From a virus, in IMG/VR virus record IMGVR_UViG_3300045988_184192: a DNA stretch of 64,000 nucleotides; one strand, written 5' to 3'. A program made the translations under genes and the position numbers. The notes beneath the pieces were generated by a model, which was not told the origin of the DNA, searched no databases, and saw only the letters and a list, made by a program, of their open reading frames with translations. Each line of letters opens with the position of its first letter. The stretch's first letter is position 1. Shown here piece after piece: positions 1 to 8,814 of this stretch.

Positions 1-200
1 AAGTGCACAATATATTACACAAAATGTACAAAATTTAATATAGTAATACCGCTAAACCTTGATACACAATCGTTAAACATATGTGTTAATATTTTGCACG
101 TTTTGCACAAAATGACTTCATATCCATATTTATACAAAATTCATGTGTATTTATACAACTATTTTCCCACCACTCTCACCCAACACCACCCATGTGTTCA
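1..200. promoter_or_regulatory. iteron-like array of TRYACAAAAT decamers plus a CA-rich tract containing a CAACACCA box
   Basis: Read directly: TGCACAATAT 4-13, TACACAAAAT 16-25, GTACAAAAT 26-34, TGCACAAAAT 104-113, TATACAAAAT 131-140, TATACAAC 152-159. CA-rich tract at 166-190 with CAACACCA at 181-188, just upstream of the 241 gene. Confidence 0.35.
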
Positions 201-240
201 CACACAAATATTTCAAATATTTTAGAAAGGATTTACTTAT

Positions 241-573
241 ATGTCCATGTTTACCAAAATTTCACAATTAGTTAGTCAATACAATGCTAAATATTTTGAC
301 ATTACTTCTGAAATTCATGTCATTGAAGACCAAATTCGTGAAAATGAATCTGTAGAAGATCCAAAATTGATACAAGATTTAGAGCACTTGTATAAAGAGC
401 ATCGACAATTAATTTATACATATGCTGATGAAATTTCCAATTTCATTTTTGTTCACTTTACTGAATTGAAAAAGTCTGATTTATCAGCCTTTGATTTAGT
501 ACCTTATATCGTTTGGAACAAAGTTGCTGAACGTGCTCTCATCATAATTCATAAAATTTTTGATACCAAATAG
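241..573 (+). CDS. hypothetical protein (110 aa)
   Basis: ORF with the canonical TAGAAAGGATTTACTTAT-ATG ribosome-binding context. No recognisable motif. Confidence 0.55.
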   Translation: MSMFTKISQLVSQYNAKYFDITSEIHVIEDQIRENESVEDPKLIQDLEHLYKEHRQLIYTYADEISNFIFVHFTELKKSDLSAFDLVPYIVWNKVAERALIIIHKIFDTK

Positions 574-657
574 AAAGTAGGATTCCAAATAGAACAATTA
601 TTACAAAATCCAATTACCCTATATGAAGTTTATTTTCATGATGCTCATCGTTACAAA

Positions 658-858
658 ATGGGTCGCCAAGCTATCTTCACATCAGCTAAAGAAACTGTTG
701 ACTATTTGCTTGAATACAAAAAAGACTGGTTTGATGAAGATAATGACCCTAAAGATCTAAGTGAAGACGTTGTTTTAGAAAATGCAATTAGTCAAATGTA
801 TCAATACATGACCATTCAAGTAATCACAATCTCCAAAGATGGAACTGTAACTTGGTAA
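658..858 (+). CDS. hypothetical small acidic protein (66 aa)
   Basis: ORF only. No SD. Acidic composition. Confidence 0.35.
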   Translation: MGRQAIFTSAKETVDYLLEYKKDWFDEDNDPKDLSEDVVLENAISQMYQYMTIQVITISKDGTVTW

Positions 859-1024
859 TTTAAATTAAATATAGAAATGAGAAATAATATGTCAACTACA
901 CAACCAAATAAAATTACTTTCAAACAAATAAATCATTGACGAAGTTCTAACTAAAAAGTATGAAATCGTTAAAGAATTTGTTAGAATCATTGACGAATAT
1001 AAACGTGAATATTCATATTACACA

Positions 1025-1225
1025 TTGATTGCAGAACTAACAAACTCTGGAATCACGTTTATTGTGAATAATGAAGTTGATAACGATTATGAAATGAGTT
1101 TCAACCTAAAACTATTGACTGTTTACACAGAAGATTTTTCAGTAGACGAATCACTGGAATTCCAAATCATGGAACAACTTGAAGAAAGTCTTGAAAAATT
1201 AAGAAAAATTGTTAGTTTAGATTAA
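1025..1225 (+). CDS. hypothetical protein (66 aa, TTG start), possibly a gene remnant
   Basis: ORF begins at TTG with no SD. A 22-codon ATG ORF (960-1028) in another frame overlaps its start, suggesting a decayed region. Confidence 0.2.
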   Translation: MIAELTNSGITFIVNNEVDNDYEMSFNLKLLTVYTEDFSVDESLEFQIMEQLEESLEKLRKIVSLD

Positions 1226-1331
1226 TTTATTTAACTAAATAGAAATCCTTGAAAGGAGTGATTCTTATGCAGTTCTAAACGTTAAATCAGGTATATAAAA
1301 TTTTAAACAATTGGAGAAAAAAATAAAATTT

Positions 1332-2636
1332 ATGAATAAAGTTTTAACAAGTAAGAAAATGTTTGCCCTTGGTATTGCTACTTTTGCATCATTTGTGATG
1401 ACAAATAATGTACTAGCTAATACTGAAAACACCACATTTACTAAGACTGATGATACAATTGCTGTCAATCAACCTGAAGTAAATCTATCTAAAGACTCAG
1501 CTGCTGTCTATGATAACATTGGTATCACATATCAAACTGAAATTCCAGATAATGTGGAAATTAACAATGGTGATAAAATTGTTTACCAACTTCCACAAGA
1601 ATTAACTTGGACAACAAACCAACAGTTTGATGTGTATAACCGTGATCAAGAAGTAGTTGGAAATGCCCAGACAAATATTGAACAAAACAATGTCACTACG
1701 ACATTTAACGATTACTTTAAATCACATCCTCAAAATAAACAATTTACTTTGAACTTGAATGCTCAATTCAATCGTAATGTTGTTAATGAAAATGAGGAAA
1801 AACTTTATAACCTAGATTTTAACGGAACTGTTATTCCTGCAACTGCTCAAAAATCTGTTGGACCAAGCGCCACAGAAATTGTTGCAAAATGGGGATGGCA
1901 AACCCAAGAAGATCCAGATACTATCCAATGGGGCGGTCGTGTCAATCTGATGAAAGATAATAACATGATTAATGTTCATGTATCTGACACATGGGATTCA
2001 AACCAAGAATATGTACCAGGTTCCCTACGTATGTATTATTTGAAGACTGCTGAACCATGGGAAATGGAATACGAACTCAACACCGATTTCGTGACACATC
2101 GTCGTAACGGTTTTGACTTCAGTATTGCAAACCTCAATGGTCGTACAATTAGTTTGACCTACCAAACTCGTCTCAAAAATCGTAATGCTAGTCCATACAA
2201 TGTTCTAGGTTTTAAAGCTGATAATAATCGAGAAGAATCATTTGACCGTGTGATTGAACTAGCAAATGGTTCAGGGTTAGCTGTTGGTGAAAAGGCACCT
2301 GTTGTTACATTCATTCCAAGTAATCCACCAACGATTGACAAACCTGAGCTGCCGTTTGGCACTGTACCGAATGATGCACCAGTACTAGATAAACCTGAAC
2401 TACCATTTGGAACGGTTCCTAACGATGCACCAGTTCTTGACTTACCAGAACTTCACATTGAGTTACCTAAAGATGAAACACCAAAATCAGATGAACCTGT
2501 TAACCCAACACCACAAGTTGAATCTGAAAAGAAAGTGTTACCAAAAACAGGTGATGCCATTCTGAAATCATTGGTACTAACTGTTGCAGGTCTTGGACTA
2601 GCTGCATTTGTAACAAAGAAACGATTTTCAAAATAA
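1332..2636 (+). CDS. LPXTG cell-wall-anchored surface protein (adhesin-like)
   Basis: N-terminal signal peptide MNKVLTSKKMFALGIATFASFVMTNNVLA. C-terminal LPKTGD followed by a hydrophobic stretch and KKRFSK (sortase anchor). Tandem DKPELPFGTVPNDAPVLD repeats before the anchor. GGAG SD upstream of the ATG at 1332 (the ORF track starts at the TTG at 1311). No YPKN pilin motif. Confidence 0.8.
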   Translation: MNKVLTSKKMFALGIATFASFVMTNNVLANTENTTFTKTDDTIAVNQPEVNLSKDSAAVYDNIGITYQTEIPDNVEINNGDKIVYQLPQELTWTTNQQFDVYNRDQEVVGNAQTNIEQNNVTTTFNDYFKSHPQNKQFTLNLNAQFNRNVVNENEEKLYNLDFNGTVIPATAQKSVGPSATEIVAKWGWQTQEDPDTIQWGGRVNLMKDNNMINVHVSDTWDSNQEYVPGSLRMYYLKTAEPWEMEYELNTDFVTHRRNGFDFSIANLNGRTISLTYQTRLKNRNASPYNVLGFKADNNREESFDRVIELANGSGLAVGEKAPVVTFIPSNPPTIDKPELPFGTVPNDAPVLDKPELPFGTVPNDAPVLDLPELHIELPKDETPKSDEPVNPTPQVESEKKVLPKTGDAILKSLVLTVAGLGLAAFVTKKRFSK

Positions 2637-2665
2637 TAAATATAATTAGAATATAGGTATTACAT

Positions 2666-3652
2666 ATGTCCATCATTAAAGAACTTTCATCTAATCTAGA
2701 ACCAAATAAACCTTTTACCTTGAATGATGCTTACCAGTCTGTTACATCAACTGACAAACGTCATTCTATTCGTGCTCGTATTTATGAGGGTATTGACAAA
2801 GGATTATTTAAACGTGTGTCTCAAGGTGTCTTTACCATGATTGACCATAACGATAATTCAGTCCTGTTGGTACAAGGTGATGGTCGTGATTTATCTATGA
2901 TTCATGATGGAACCATTGATTGTATTATTACAGATCACCCCTATAATGATCAAAAATCAAACAAAGGTGGGAATCGTAGTTTTGCAGACTATAATGTATT
3001 TAACTATATTCAAGAAGATTTCAACGAAAAAGCGCGTGTCTTAAAGGATGGTGCTTTTTTAGTTGAGTTTTTCGCAGAAGAAAATGCTAATAACTATGAA
3101 TATATTTATCAGTGTAAGCAATTTGCAAAAGAAGCCGGTTTAGAATATTATTCCACAGTAAATTGGAAAAAAGGAAACTTTGTTGCAAACACTGGTCGTA
3201 AAGCTAAAAATACAGAACAAATGGTTTTCTTTACAAAAGGTCAAGCTCGATCTCTTAAATTAGATACCAAGAAAAACAAAGCTCAACTAGTAAACCTAGA
3301 TATTGAAACAAAAGGTTTGACAAGTCAAGAAATGGCTGATTTATCTGCTCAACATCAATTACCCATTCATCGAATGAAAGGTACGTCTAAAATGTTACCA
3401 ACCATTTTTGATGTTGAAAATATTTCAAAAGCTGAACGAATTCATCAGGCAGAAAAACCTGTTGAATTGTTTAAACAATTATTAGACTATATTACATTAC
3501 CAAACGAATTAGTTTTAGACCAATATACTGGTTCAGCTAATATTGGTATTGCTTGTTTAGAAACAGGTCGAAATGCTTTACTGTTAGAAAAAGATCCTGA
3601 AACTTATAAACTAGCTCAACAAAATTTGAGCAACTATCAAAAAGTTTCATAA
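2666..3652 (+). CDS. DNA methyltransferase, beta-class N6-adenine/N4-cytosine (N6_N4_Mtase fold)
   Basis: Motif IV variant DHPY (IITDHPYNDQ) near the N-terminus and motif I FxGxG-like (LDQYTGSANIGIACLETGRNALLLEKD) near the C-terminus, the order typical of beta-class amino-MTases. No partner restriction gene is visible. Confidence 0.7.
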   Translation: MSIIKELSSNLEPNKPFTLNDAYQSVTSTDKRHSIRARIYEGIDKGLFKRVSQGVFTMIDHNDNSVLLVQGDGRDLSMIHDGTIDCIITDHPYNDQKSNKGGNRSFADYNVFNYIQEDFNEKARVLKDGAFLVEFFAEENANNYEYIYQCKQFAKEAGLEYYSTVNWKKGNFVANTGRKAKNTEQMVFFTKGQARSLKLDTKKNKAQLVNLDIETKGLTSQEMADLSAQHQLPIHRMKGTSKMLPTIFDVENISKAERIHQAEKPVELFKQLLDYITLPNELVLDQYTGSANIGIACLETGRNALLLEKDPETYKLAQQNLSNYQKVS

Positions 3653-3708
3653 AAACTAATATTTTATAATATTATTTCCAAAATCTGATATTTACTGTAA
3701 AACAAACC

Positions 3709-3737
3709 TTGTCAAAAAATTGTAAATAGTTTATACT
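3709..3737 (+). promoter_or_regulatory. sigma-A-like promoter for tnpA (TTGTCA-17-TATACT)
   Basis: TTGTCA at 3709-3714, 17-nt spacer, TATACT at 3732-3737. Confidence 0.35.
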
Positions 3738-3811
3738 GTATATTATAAAATTAATTATACAGAAAGTGAGGATAAAAACAGTAACCATTTTTATTGTATT
3801 AAAATATACTC

Positions 3812-4239
3812 ATGATAAGATCAAATGCCATGACTAAATATTTAGGTGCTAGTGTAAAAATATTTCAACATTAATTGTTAAACAAAATCCTAATAACAAA
3901 TATTATTACACCAACGATCAATATCTTGCATACATTGGGTCAATTATTACTTATATAAGAATATCAAATAATAATCAAAAAGATGGTTTACTATTAAATC
4001 AAATTCCCAAAGGTGAAATAGAAAAAATCTATATCACACACAAAGATAGATTTGTTCATTTTAGTTTCAATTGGTTTGAACAATTTTATAACCACTACAA
4101 TTGTGAAATTGTTATTGTAAACAATCCAAAAACATCACCTCAACAAGAATTGATTAACAATTTAATTTTTACCATTCATATTTTCTCTTGCAGAATATAT
4201 GGTTTGAAAAAAATACAAAAAGGATATTCTGTTAGATGA
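3812..4239 (+). pseudogene. tnpA: tnpA, small serine recombinase (MerR-like HTH + resolvase catalytic domain), split by a frameshift at an A5 run
   Basis: Frame A (3812-3874) reads MIRSNAMTKYLGASVKIFQH then stops. Frame B (3853-4239) reads ...IVKQNPNNKYYYTNDQYLAYIGSIITYIRISNNNQKDGLLLNQ...HKDRFVHF... and contains the Y-x-R-x-S-x-x-x-Q catalytic serine motif of serine recombinases. The two frames meet at AAAAA 3856-3860; one extra A would fuse them. The stop TGA overlaps the tnpB ATG. Confidence 0.5.
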
Positions 4240-5414
4240 AAGCTTATAAGACAGAAATTAAACCAACTAAAAAACAAATTGAACTAATTCATCAAACTTT
4301 TGGAAATACTCGATATGTTTATAACCAATTTATAAAATTAAATCTTGATCGCATTAAGAAAAAACAAAGTGTTGTTTCAGGTTATGATTATTCAAAAATG
4401 ATTAATAACGATCCTGAAAGACCAGATTGGTTAATAAAATCTTCTAGCAAAGCTATTAAACAAGCTATTATGAATGGAAACAAAGCCATCTGGGATTACC
4501 TAAATGGTAATAAAGGTAAACCTAATTTTAAAAAGAAAACTAAAGACAATAGTTTTTATTTAATTGGTACTATTAAAGTTGAACGACATCGAATTTATTT
4601 ACCTAAGTTAAAATGGATTCGTTTAAAAGAATTTGGTTACATCCCAAACAATATCAAATCTGTAACAGTTTCTATGAAAAATGGACGTTATTATGTTTCT
4701 TGTTTAACACATGAAGTGAAAGATGAACGAATTTCAACTTCAAACAAAGGTATTGGTATTGACTTTGGTTTGAAAGATCAATTTATTACAAAAAATGAAA
4801 AAATTCAATCTATTAATAAATCAAGTAAAATTAAAAAACTTGAAAAAAAGTTAAAACAAAAACAACGTGCTTTATCTAGAAAATATGAAAGTAACATGGT
4901 TAACAAAGAGTATTACAAGACAGGCAAAAAGAAAGGTCAGTTGAAAAGTTTCAAATGGATAAGACCTTTACATGAATGTAAAAATTTGAATAAACAACAA
5001 TTAACTGTGAATAAACTTTATGAACGTATAACTAGAATTAGAACCGATTACAATCAAAAAGCACTTCAATCAATTTTGAAACAAAAACCACGTTTTGTAA
5101 TTATTGAAGATTTAAATGTAAAAGGTCTAATGAAAAATAAACATTTATCAAAATCAATTTCTAAAGCGCAATGGTATATGTCAAGATTGTTTTTAACACA
5201 ACAATGTGAAAAACTTGGAATTGAACTTCGTTTAGCCCCACGTTTTTATCCATCTAGTAAATTATGTTCCAAATGTGGATATAAAAACAAAGATTTGAAA
5301 CTAAAAGATCGTTCTTGGACATGTCCTGAATGTAATATTGTTCATGATAGAGATGTGAATGCATCTCTAAACTTAGAACAATATGAAAATTATACTGTTT
5401 TGACAACAGTCTAA
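4236..5414 (+). CDS. tnpB: TnpB (RNA-guided RuvC-like nuclease of IS200/IS605/IS607 elements), catalytically intact
   Basis: RuvC-I GIGIDFGL (D), RuvC-II FVIIEDLNVKGLMKN (E), zinc finger CSKCG...CPEC, RuvC-III HDRDVNASLN (D). 392 aa. Confidence 0.9.
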   Translation: MKAYKTEIKPTKKQIELIHQTFGNTRYVYNQFIKLNLDRIKKKQSVVSGYDYSKMINNDPERPDWLIKSSSKAIKQAIMNGNKAIWDYLNGNKGKPNFKKKTKDNSFYLIGTIKVERHRIYLPKLKWIRLKEFGYIPNNIKSVTVSMKNGRYYVSCLTHEVKDERISTSNKGIGIDFGLKDQFITKNEKIQSINKSSKIKKLEKKLKQKQRALSRKYESNMVNKEYYKTGKKKGQLKSFKWIRPLHECKNLNKQQLTVNKLYERITRIRTDYNQKALQSILKQKPRFVIIEDLNVKGLMKNKHLSKSISKAQWYMSRLFLTQQCEKLGIELRLAPRFYPSSKLCSKCGYKNKDLKLKDRSWTCPECNIVHDRDVNASLNLEQYENYTVLTTV

Positions 5415-5520
5415 ATATTGTCACTACCGTGGGCTACATGGGAAGTTAAGTCTGTGGATCGTCACATCAAATGAAAGTAGTTGGTAATCAAATTTACAAC
5501 AAAATCAGACGGAATGAAGC
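5300..5520 (+). ncRNA. expected omega-RNA/right-end RNA of tnpB #1 (position inferred, not demonstrated)
   Basis: TnpB guide RNAs derive from the 3' end of tnpB plus the element's right end. The 3' flank 5415-5480 contains a GC-richer hairpin-capable stretch, CCGTGGGCTACATGGGAAG. Exact ends unknown. Confidence 0.2.
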
Positions 5521-5596
5521 AGAAAAAATTTCTAATTTATAAAGAAAGGATCATAAAATATACAATTTAGTATGTTTTATGTAGCAAAATAACTAA

Positions 5597-7051
5597 ATGA
5601 TTATTCTAATTGCAATTGGAGTACTAGTTGTACTTATTGGTGCTATTGTAGCATCAGGATTTGTATCTGCAAGTCCAGGTGAAATTAAAGTAATTTCTGG
5701 ACCTCGTGGTCAACGTGTCATTCATGGTAAGACTGGTTGGAAGTTTCCACTAATTGAACGTGTTGACAAAATGACTGCAGGAATGATTTCAGTTGATGCA
5801 AAGACATCTGACTACGTTCCAACAAAAGATTATATCAATGTGAAAGTTGATGCCGCTGTTAAAGTTAGAATTGGAACAGAAAAACCTGACTTATTTAAAG
5901 CCGCTACTCGCAACTTCTTGTACAAAACATCTGATGAAATCGCTGCTGAAATCCGTGACACATTGGAAGGTCATTTACGTGCTATCATTGGTCAAATGGA
6001 ATTGGCTACTATCGTAACTGATAGATCAAAATTCGCAGAAACAGTCCAAACAAATGCAACTAAAGATCTAGAAGAAATGGGTCTTGAAATTGTTGCCTTT
6101 AACATTCAAGGTTTGACCGATGGTAACGGTGTTATCGAAAACCTTGGTATTGACAACACTGAACAAATTCGTAAAGAAGCAGCTAAAGCAAAAGCTAAAG
6201 CACAACAAGAAATCGCTCAACAACAAGCTGAGTCTGATAAAATTGCAAATGATGCACGAATTGCTGCAGATCTTGAAATTGCTCAAAAACAAAATGAATT
6301 GGCGATTGAACAAGCTCGCTTGAAGAAATCAGCTGATATTGAACGTGCCCGTTCTGATGCAGCCTATGACATTGAAGCGCAAATTCAACGTAAAGATGTG
6401 GAATTTGAATCAGCAAATGCAGATATTGTGAAACAAGAACAAGAAGCTGTTATTAAAGAACGTGAAGTTCAGGTTCAACGTCAACGTTTAGAAGCTGAAA
6501 TTAAAGCAAAAGCTGATGCTGAAAAATATGCTGAAGAAAAGAAAGCTGAAGCTGAATTGGCTAAACGTCAACGTGCAGCTGAAGCAGAACTATTTGAATC
6601 TCAACGTGCCGCTGAAGCTAAGAAAGCTGAAGCAGAAGCTGCTCGCTTTGTAGCTGAGCAAGATGCTATTGCAATTGCAAAACGTGGTGAAGCTGAAGCT
6701 CGTGCTATCCAATTAAAACTAGAAGCTGAAGCAGATGGTTTAGATCGTAAAGCTGAAGCAATGAAGAAATATGGTGATGCTGCTGTAACAGAAATGTTGG
6801 TAAACGTATTACCAGAAATCGCAAAAGCTGTCGCAACACCACTTGCCAATGTTGACTCTATCACTATGTATGGTGAGGGTAACTCAGGTAAGATGGTTGG
6901 TGACATCATGACATCTATGAACCAAATCACTAATGGTATGGGTCTAGATATTCGTGATCTCATTCAAGCAACCCTTACAGGTCGTGCAACTGGTCAAGCC
7001 CTTGCTCAATCCCAACAAGAACCAACAAAAGTTGTTGAAACCATTGATTAA
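5597..7051 (+). CDS. flotillin/SPFH (band 7) family protein with C-terminal EA-rich coiled coil (YqiK/FloA-like)
   Basis: N-terminal TM helix, SPFH-like domain, long AEAEAKK-type coiled-coil region. No SD upstream, unlike the genes of the core block. Confidence 0.8.
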   Translation: MIILIAIGVLVVLIGAIVASGFVSASPGEIKVISGPRGQRVIHGKTGWKFPLIERVDKMTAGMISVDAKTSDYVPTKDYINVKVDAAVKVRIGTEKPDLFKAATRNFLYKTSDEIAAEIRDTLEGHLRAIIGQMELATIVTDRSKFAETVQTNATKDLEEMGLEIVAFNIQGLTDGNGVIENLGIDNTEQIRKEAAKAKAKAQQEIAQQQAESDKIANDARIAADLEIAQKQNELAIEQARLKKSADIERARSDAAYDIEAQIQRKDVEFESANADIVKQEQEAVIKEREVQVQRQRLEAEIKAKADAEKYAEEKKAEAELAKRQRAAEAELFESQRAAEAKKAEAEAARFVAEQDAIAIAKRGEAEARAIQLKLEAEADGLDRKAEAMKKYGDAAVTEMLVNVLPEIAKAVATPLANVDSITMYGEGNSGKMVGDIMTSMNQITNGMGLDIRDLIQATLTGRATGQALAQSQQEPTKVVETID

Positions 7052-7072
7052 ATCAATGAATAGATAAACAAA

Positions 7073-7106
7073 GAACTAGGTTAGGATATTCTTAACCTAG
7101 TTTTTA
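7073..7106 (+). terminator. rho-independent terminator
   Basis: Hairpin AACTAGGTTAGG/CTTAACCTAGTT followed by TTTTT. Confidence 0.6.
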
Positions 7107-7130
7107 ATTTTATTAGAAAGATTAACAAAT

Positions 7131-7682
7131 ATGTCCAAAACTAAAAAATTTAAACACAACAACATTTTTATTAAAATCATCATTATTTTGTTACTCGTTA
7201 TTGCTCACATTGGTTTTGTTAAAAGTATTAGTACAATAATTACCAATAGATCAGCTATGTTTAAATATGCAACAAAATCTAGTCAAAAATTTGGTAAAAT
7301 TGTTAATATTTGGAATGGTCGAACAAGATATTATATTGATGTTGAATCAAAAGATGGTTTTAATGACAAAACCACATTTACGTTTGATGTATCTTATCTA
7401 GAAGCTAGAGAACTAAATATCAATGATATTTATAAATTTGAAACCACAACGCCAATAGCACCAAAATCATATAATGATTTTAAAAATGAACTAAGAATGG
7501 TATCTTATACACTTGTACCATCAATAATCATTTCATACATTATATCAATTATTATTTATAGAACATTTTGGGTTAACAATGTAACTAAAATTGATAATTG
7601 GTTAGCATTAAGTGCTTATTCATCACTTATAGCAGTAATATCTATGTTAGTTTTATTGATTCATCTAATAACATTGGTATAA
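7131..7682 (+). CDS. membrane protein (183 aa; N-terminal TM plus C-terminal hydrophobic segments)
   Basis: Canonical RBS TTAGAAAGATTAACAAAT-ATG. Hydrophobic stretches at the N- and C-termini. Confidence 0.55.
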   Translation: MSKTKKFKHNNIFIKIIIILLLVIAHIGFVKSISTIITNRSAMFKYATKSSQKFGKIVNIWNGRTRYYIDVESKDGFNDKTTFTFDVSYLEARELNINDIYKFETTTPIAPKSYNDFKNELRMVSYTLVPSIIISYIISIIIYRTFWVNNVTKIDNWLALSAYSSLIAVISMLVLLIHLITLV

Positions 7683-7702
7683 AATAAAAGAAAGGACCAT
7701 TT

Positions 7703-7981
7703 ATGACCAACTATGGTATCTATGATACACAACTAAAATACATTCGAGACGAAGTTTATGAATCAGAAGATGATGCAAAACGTGAATTTGTTGATTATTG
7801 GCGATCTATGTTATTTGATTCAGAATATGATAATTTTGAAGCAGGTGAACATGCCAAATATAAACATTTCAATCAATTTGACGAAAATCGAAAAGCAGAT
7901 ATCGTTCATGAATACTTGAATTCTATTTCAGATGATGATATTCTTAAAATTGGCGAATTTAAAGTTGTTACATTAACTTAA
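7703..7981 (+). CDS. hypothetical small acidic protein
   Basis: Canonical RBS AAGAAAGGACC. D/E-rich. Confidence 0.5.
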   Translation: MTNYGIYDTQLKYIRDEVYESEDDAKREFVDYWRSMLFDSEYDNFEAGEHAKYKHFNQFDENRKADIVHEYLNSISDDDILKIGEFKVVTLT

Positions 7982-8011
7982 GCTACTCAATCTATTGAAA
8001 GGATAACAAAC

Positions 8012-8809
8012 ATGATAGAACCATCTATTAGCATCACTATTAACACACCTACATCATCCACAGATAAATTGATCAAAAATGGTATTGTTATTCCAACATC
8101 TGTACCCAACACCCATATGTTGAATCATCATAAATTAACATCACCTGATGGAGCATCGCCATTCTTAATGAATTATCAAATTGATGATGATAATCAACTT
8201 CATGTGACATTTGAATCAGAGCACCATGATTATAAAATATATGGTCTAACCTATATTTTTGAAGCAAATGTTGTACCACGAATTGAGTCTTTACAAAAAG
8301 AAGTATCTTATGCAACAGAGGTTTCAAAATCTTCTGATATTAGTACAAATGTTTATCAACTAAAAGATGATTATGATAAAGGATTGGTAGAATTAAATCC
8401 AGAATATCAACGTGACTTTGTTTGGACAAATGAACAAAAAGAAAGTTATATTTTGAATTTATATCATCATATTGCAGAAATTAAACCAACTTTTGTTCGA
8501 TACAGACCTGATAATCAAAAAGAATTGATTTATGAGGTATTAGATGGTAAACAACGTCTCAAAACAATATTTGATTTCATGGATAATAAGTTTACTGTTA
8601 ATGGTCACTATTATTCAGAATTGACTTACTCTGATCAACAATTCTTGTACTACCATGATGTTAAATATACTGTATATAGATCTAAAAATTATTTGTATGA
8701 ACGGCCATCATTAGATACACTAGTTCAATTATTTATTGAAATCAATATGTTAGGAACTCGTATGAGTGATGATGATTTGAAAAATGCTCAAGCTTTATTG
8801 AAAGGATAA
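8012..8809 (+). CDS. DUF262 (ParB/Srx-like) domain protein, standalone
   Basis: EYQRDFVW...VLDGKQRLKTIFDF matches the DUF262 signature (QR-x-x-VW ... DGQQR-like) that forms the N-domain of GmrSD-type enzymes. No DUF1524/HNH partner domain in this gene or the next one. Confidence 0.65.
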   Translation: MIEPSISITINTPTSSTDKLIKNGIVIPTSVPNTHMLNHHKLTSPDGASPFLMNYQIDDDNQLHVTFESEHHDYKIYGLTYIFEANVVPRIESLQKEVSYATEVSKSSDISTNVYQLKDDYDKGLVELNPEYQRDFVWTNEQKESYILNLYHHIAEIKPTFVRYRPDNQKELIYEVLDGKQRLKTIFDFMDNKFTVNGHYYSELTYSDQQFLYYHDVKYTVYRSKNYLYERPSLDTLVQLFIEINMLGTRMSDDDLKNAQALLKG

Positions 8810-8814
8810 CTATT

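Larger units (their letters stand above)
3700..5500 (+). mobile_element. IS607-family-like insertion sequence (serine recombinase tnpA + tnpB); boundaries approximate
   Basis: A small serine-recombinase gene abuts tnpB with the ATGA stop/start overlap typical of IS607-type elements. I could not identify inverted repeats. Confidence 0.5.

Noticed and set aside
1332-2636. LPKTG protein as a pilus backbone pilin partnered with the class C sortase
   Set aside because: No YPKN pilin motif or E-box is present, and it lies 59 kb from the sortase C remnant. It is better described as a wall-anchored adhesin.
6068-6963. ORF-track ORFs on both strands inside the flotillin gene (6068-6313 -, 6120-6323 +, 6195-6416 -, 6601-6963 -)
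   Set aside because: They fall entirely inside a well-supported SPFH/coiled-coil CDS. They arise from the low-complexity EA-rich codon repeats and have no SD.
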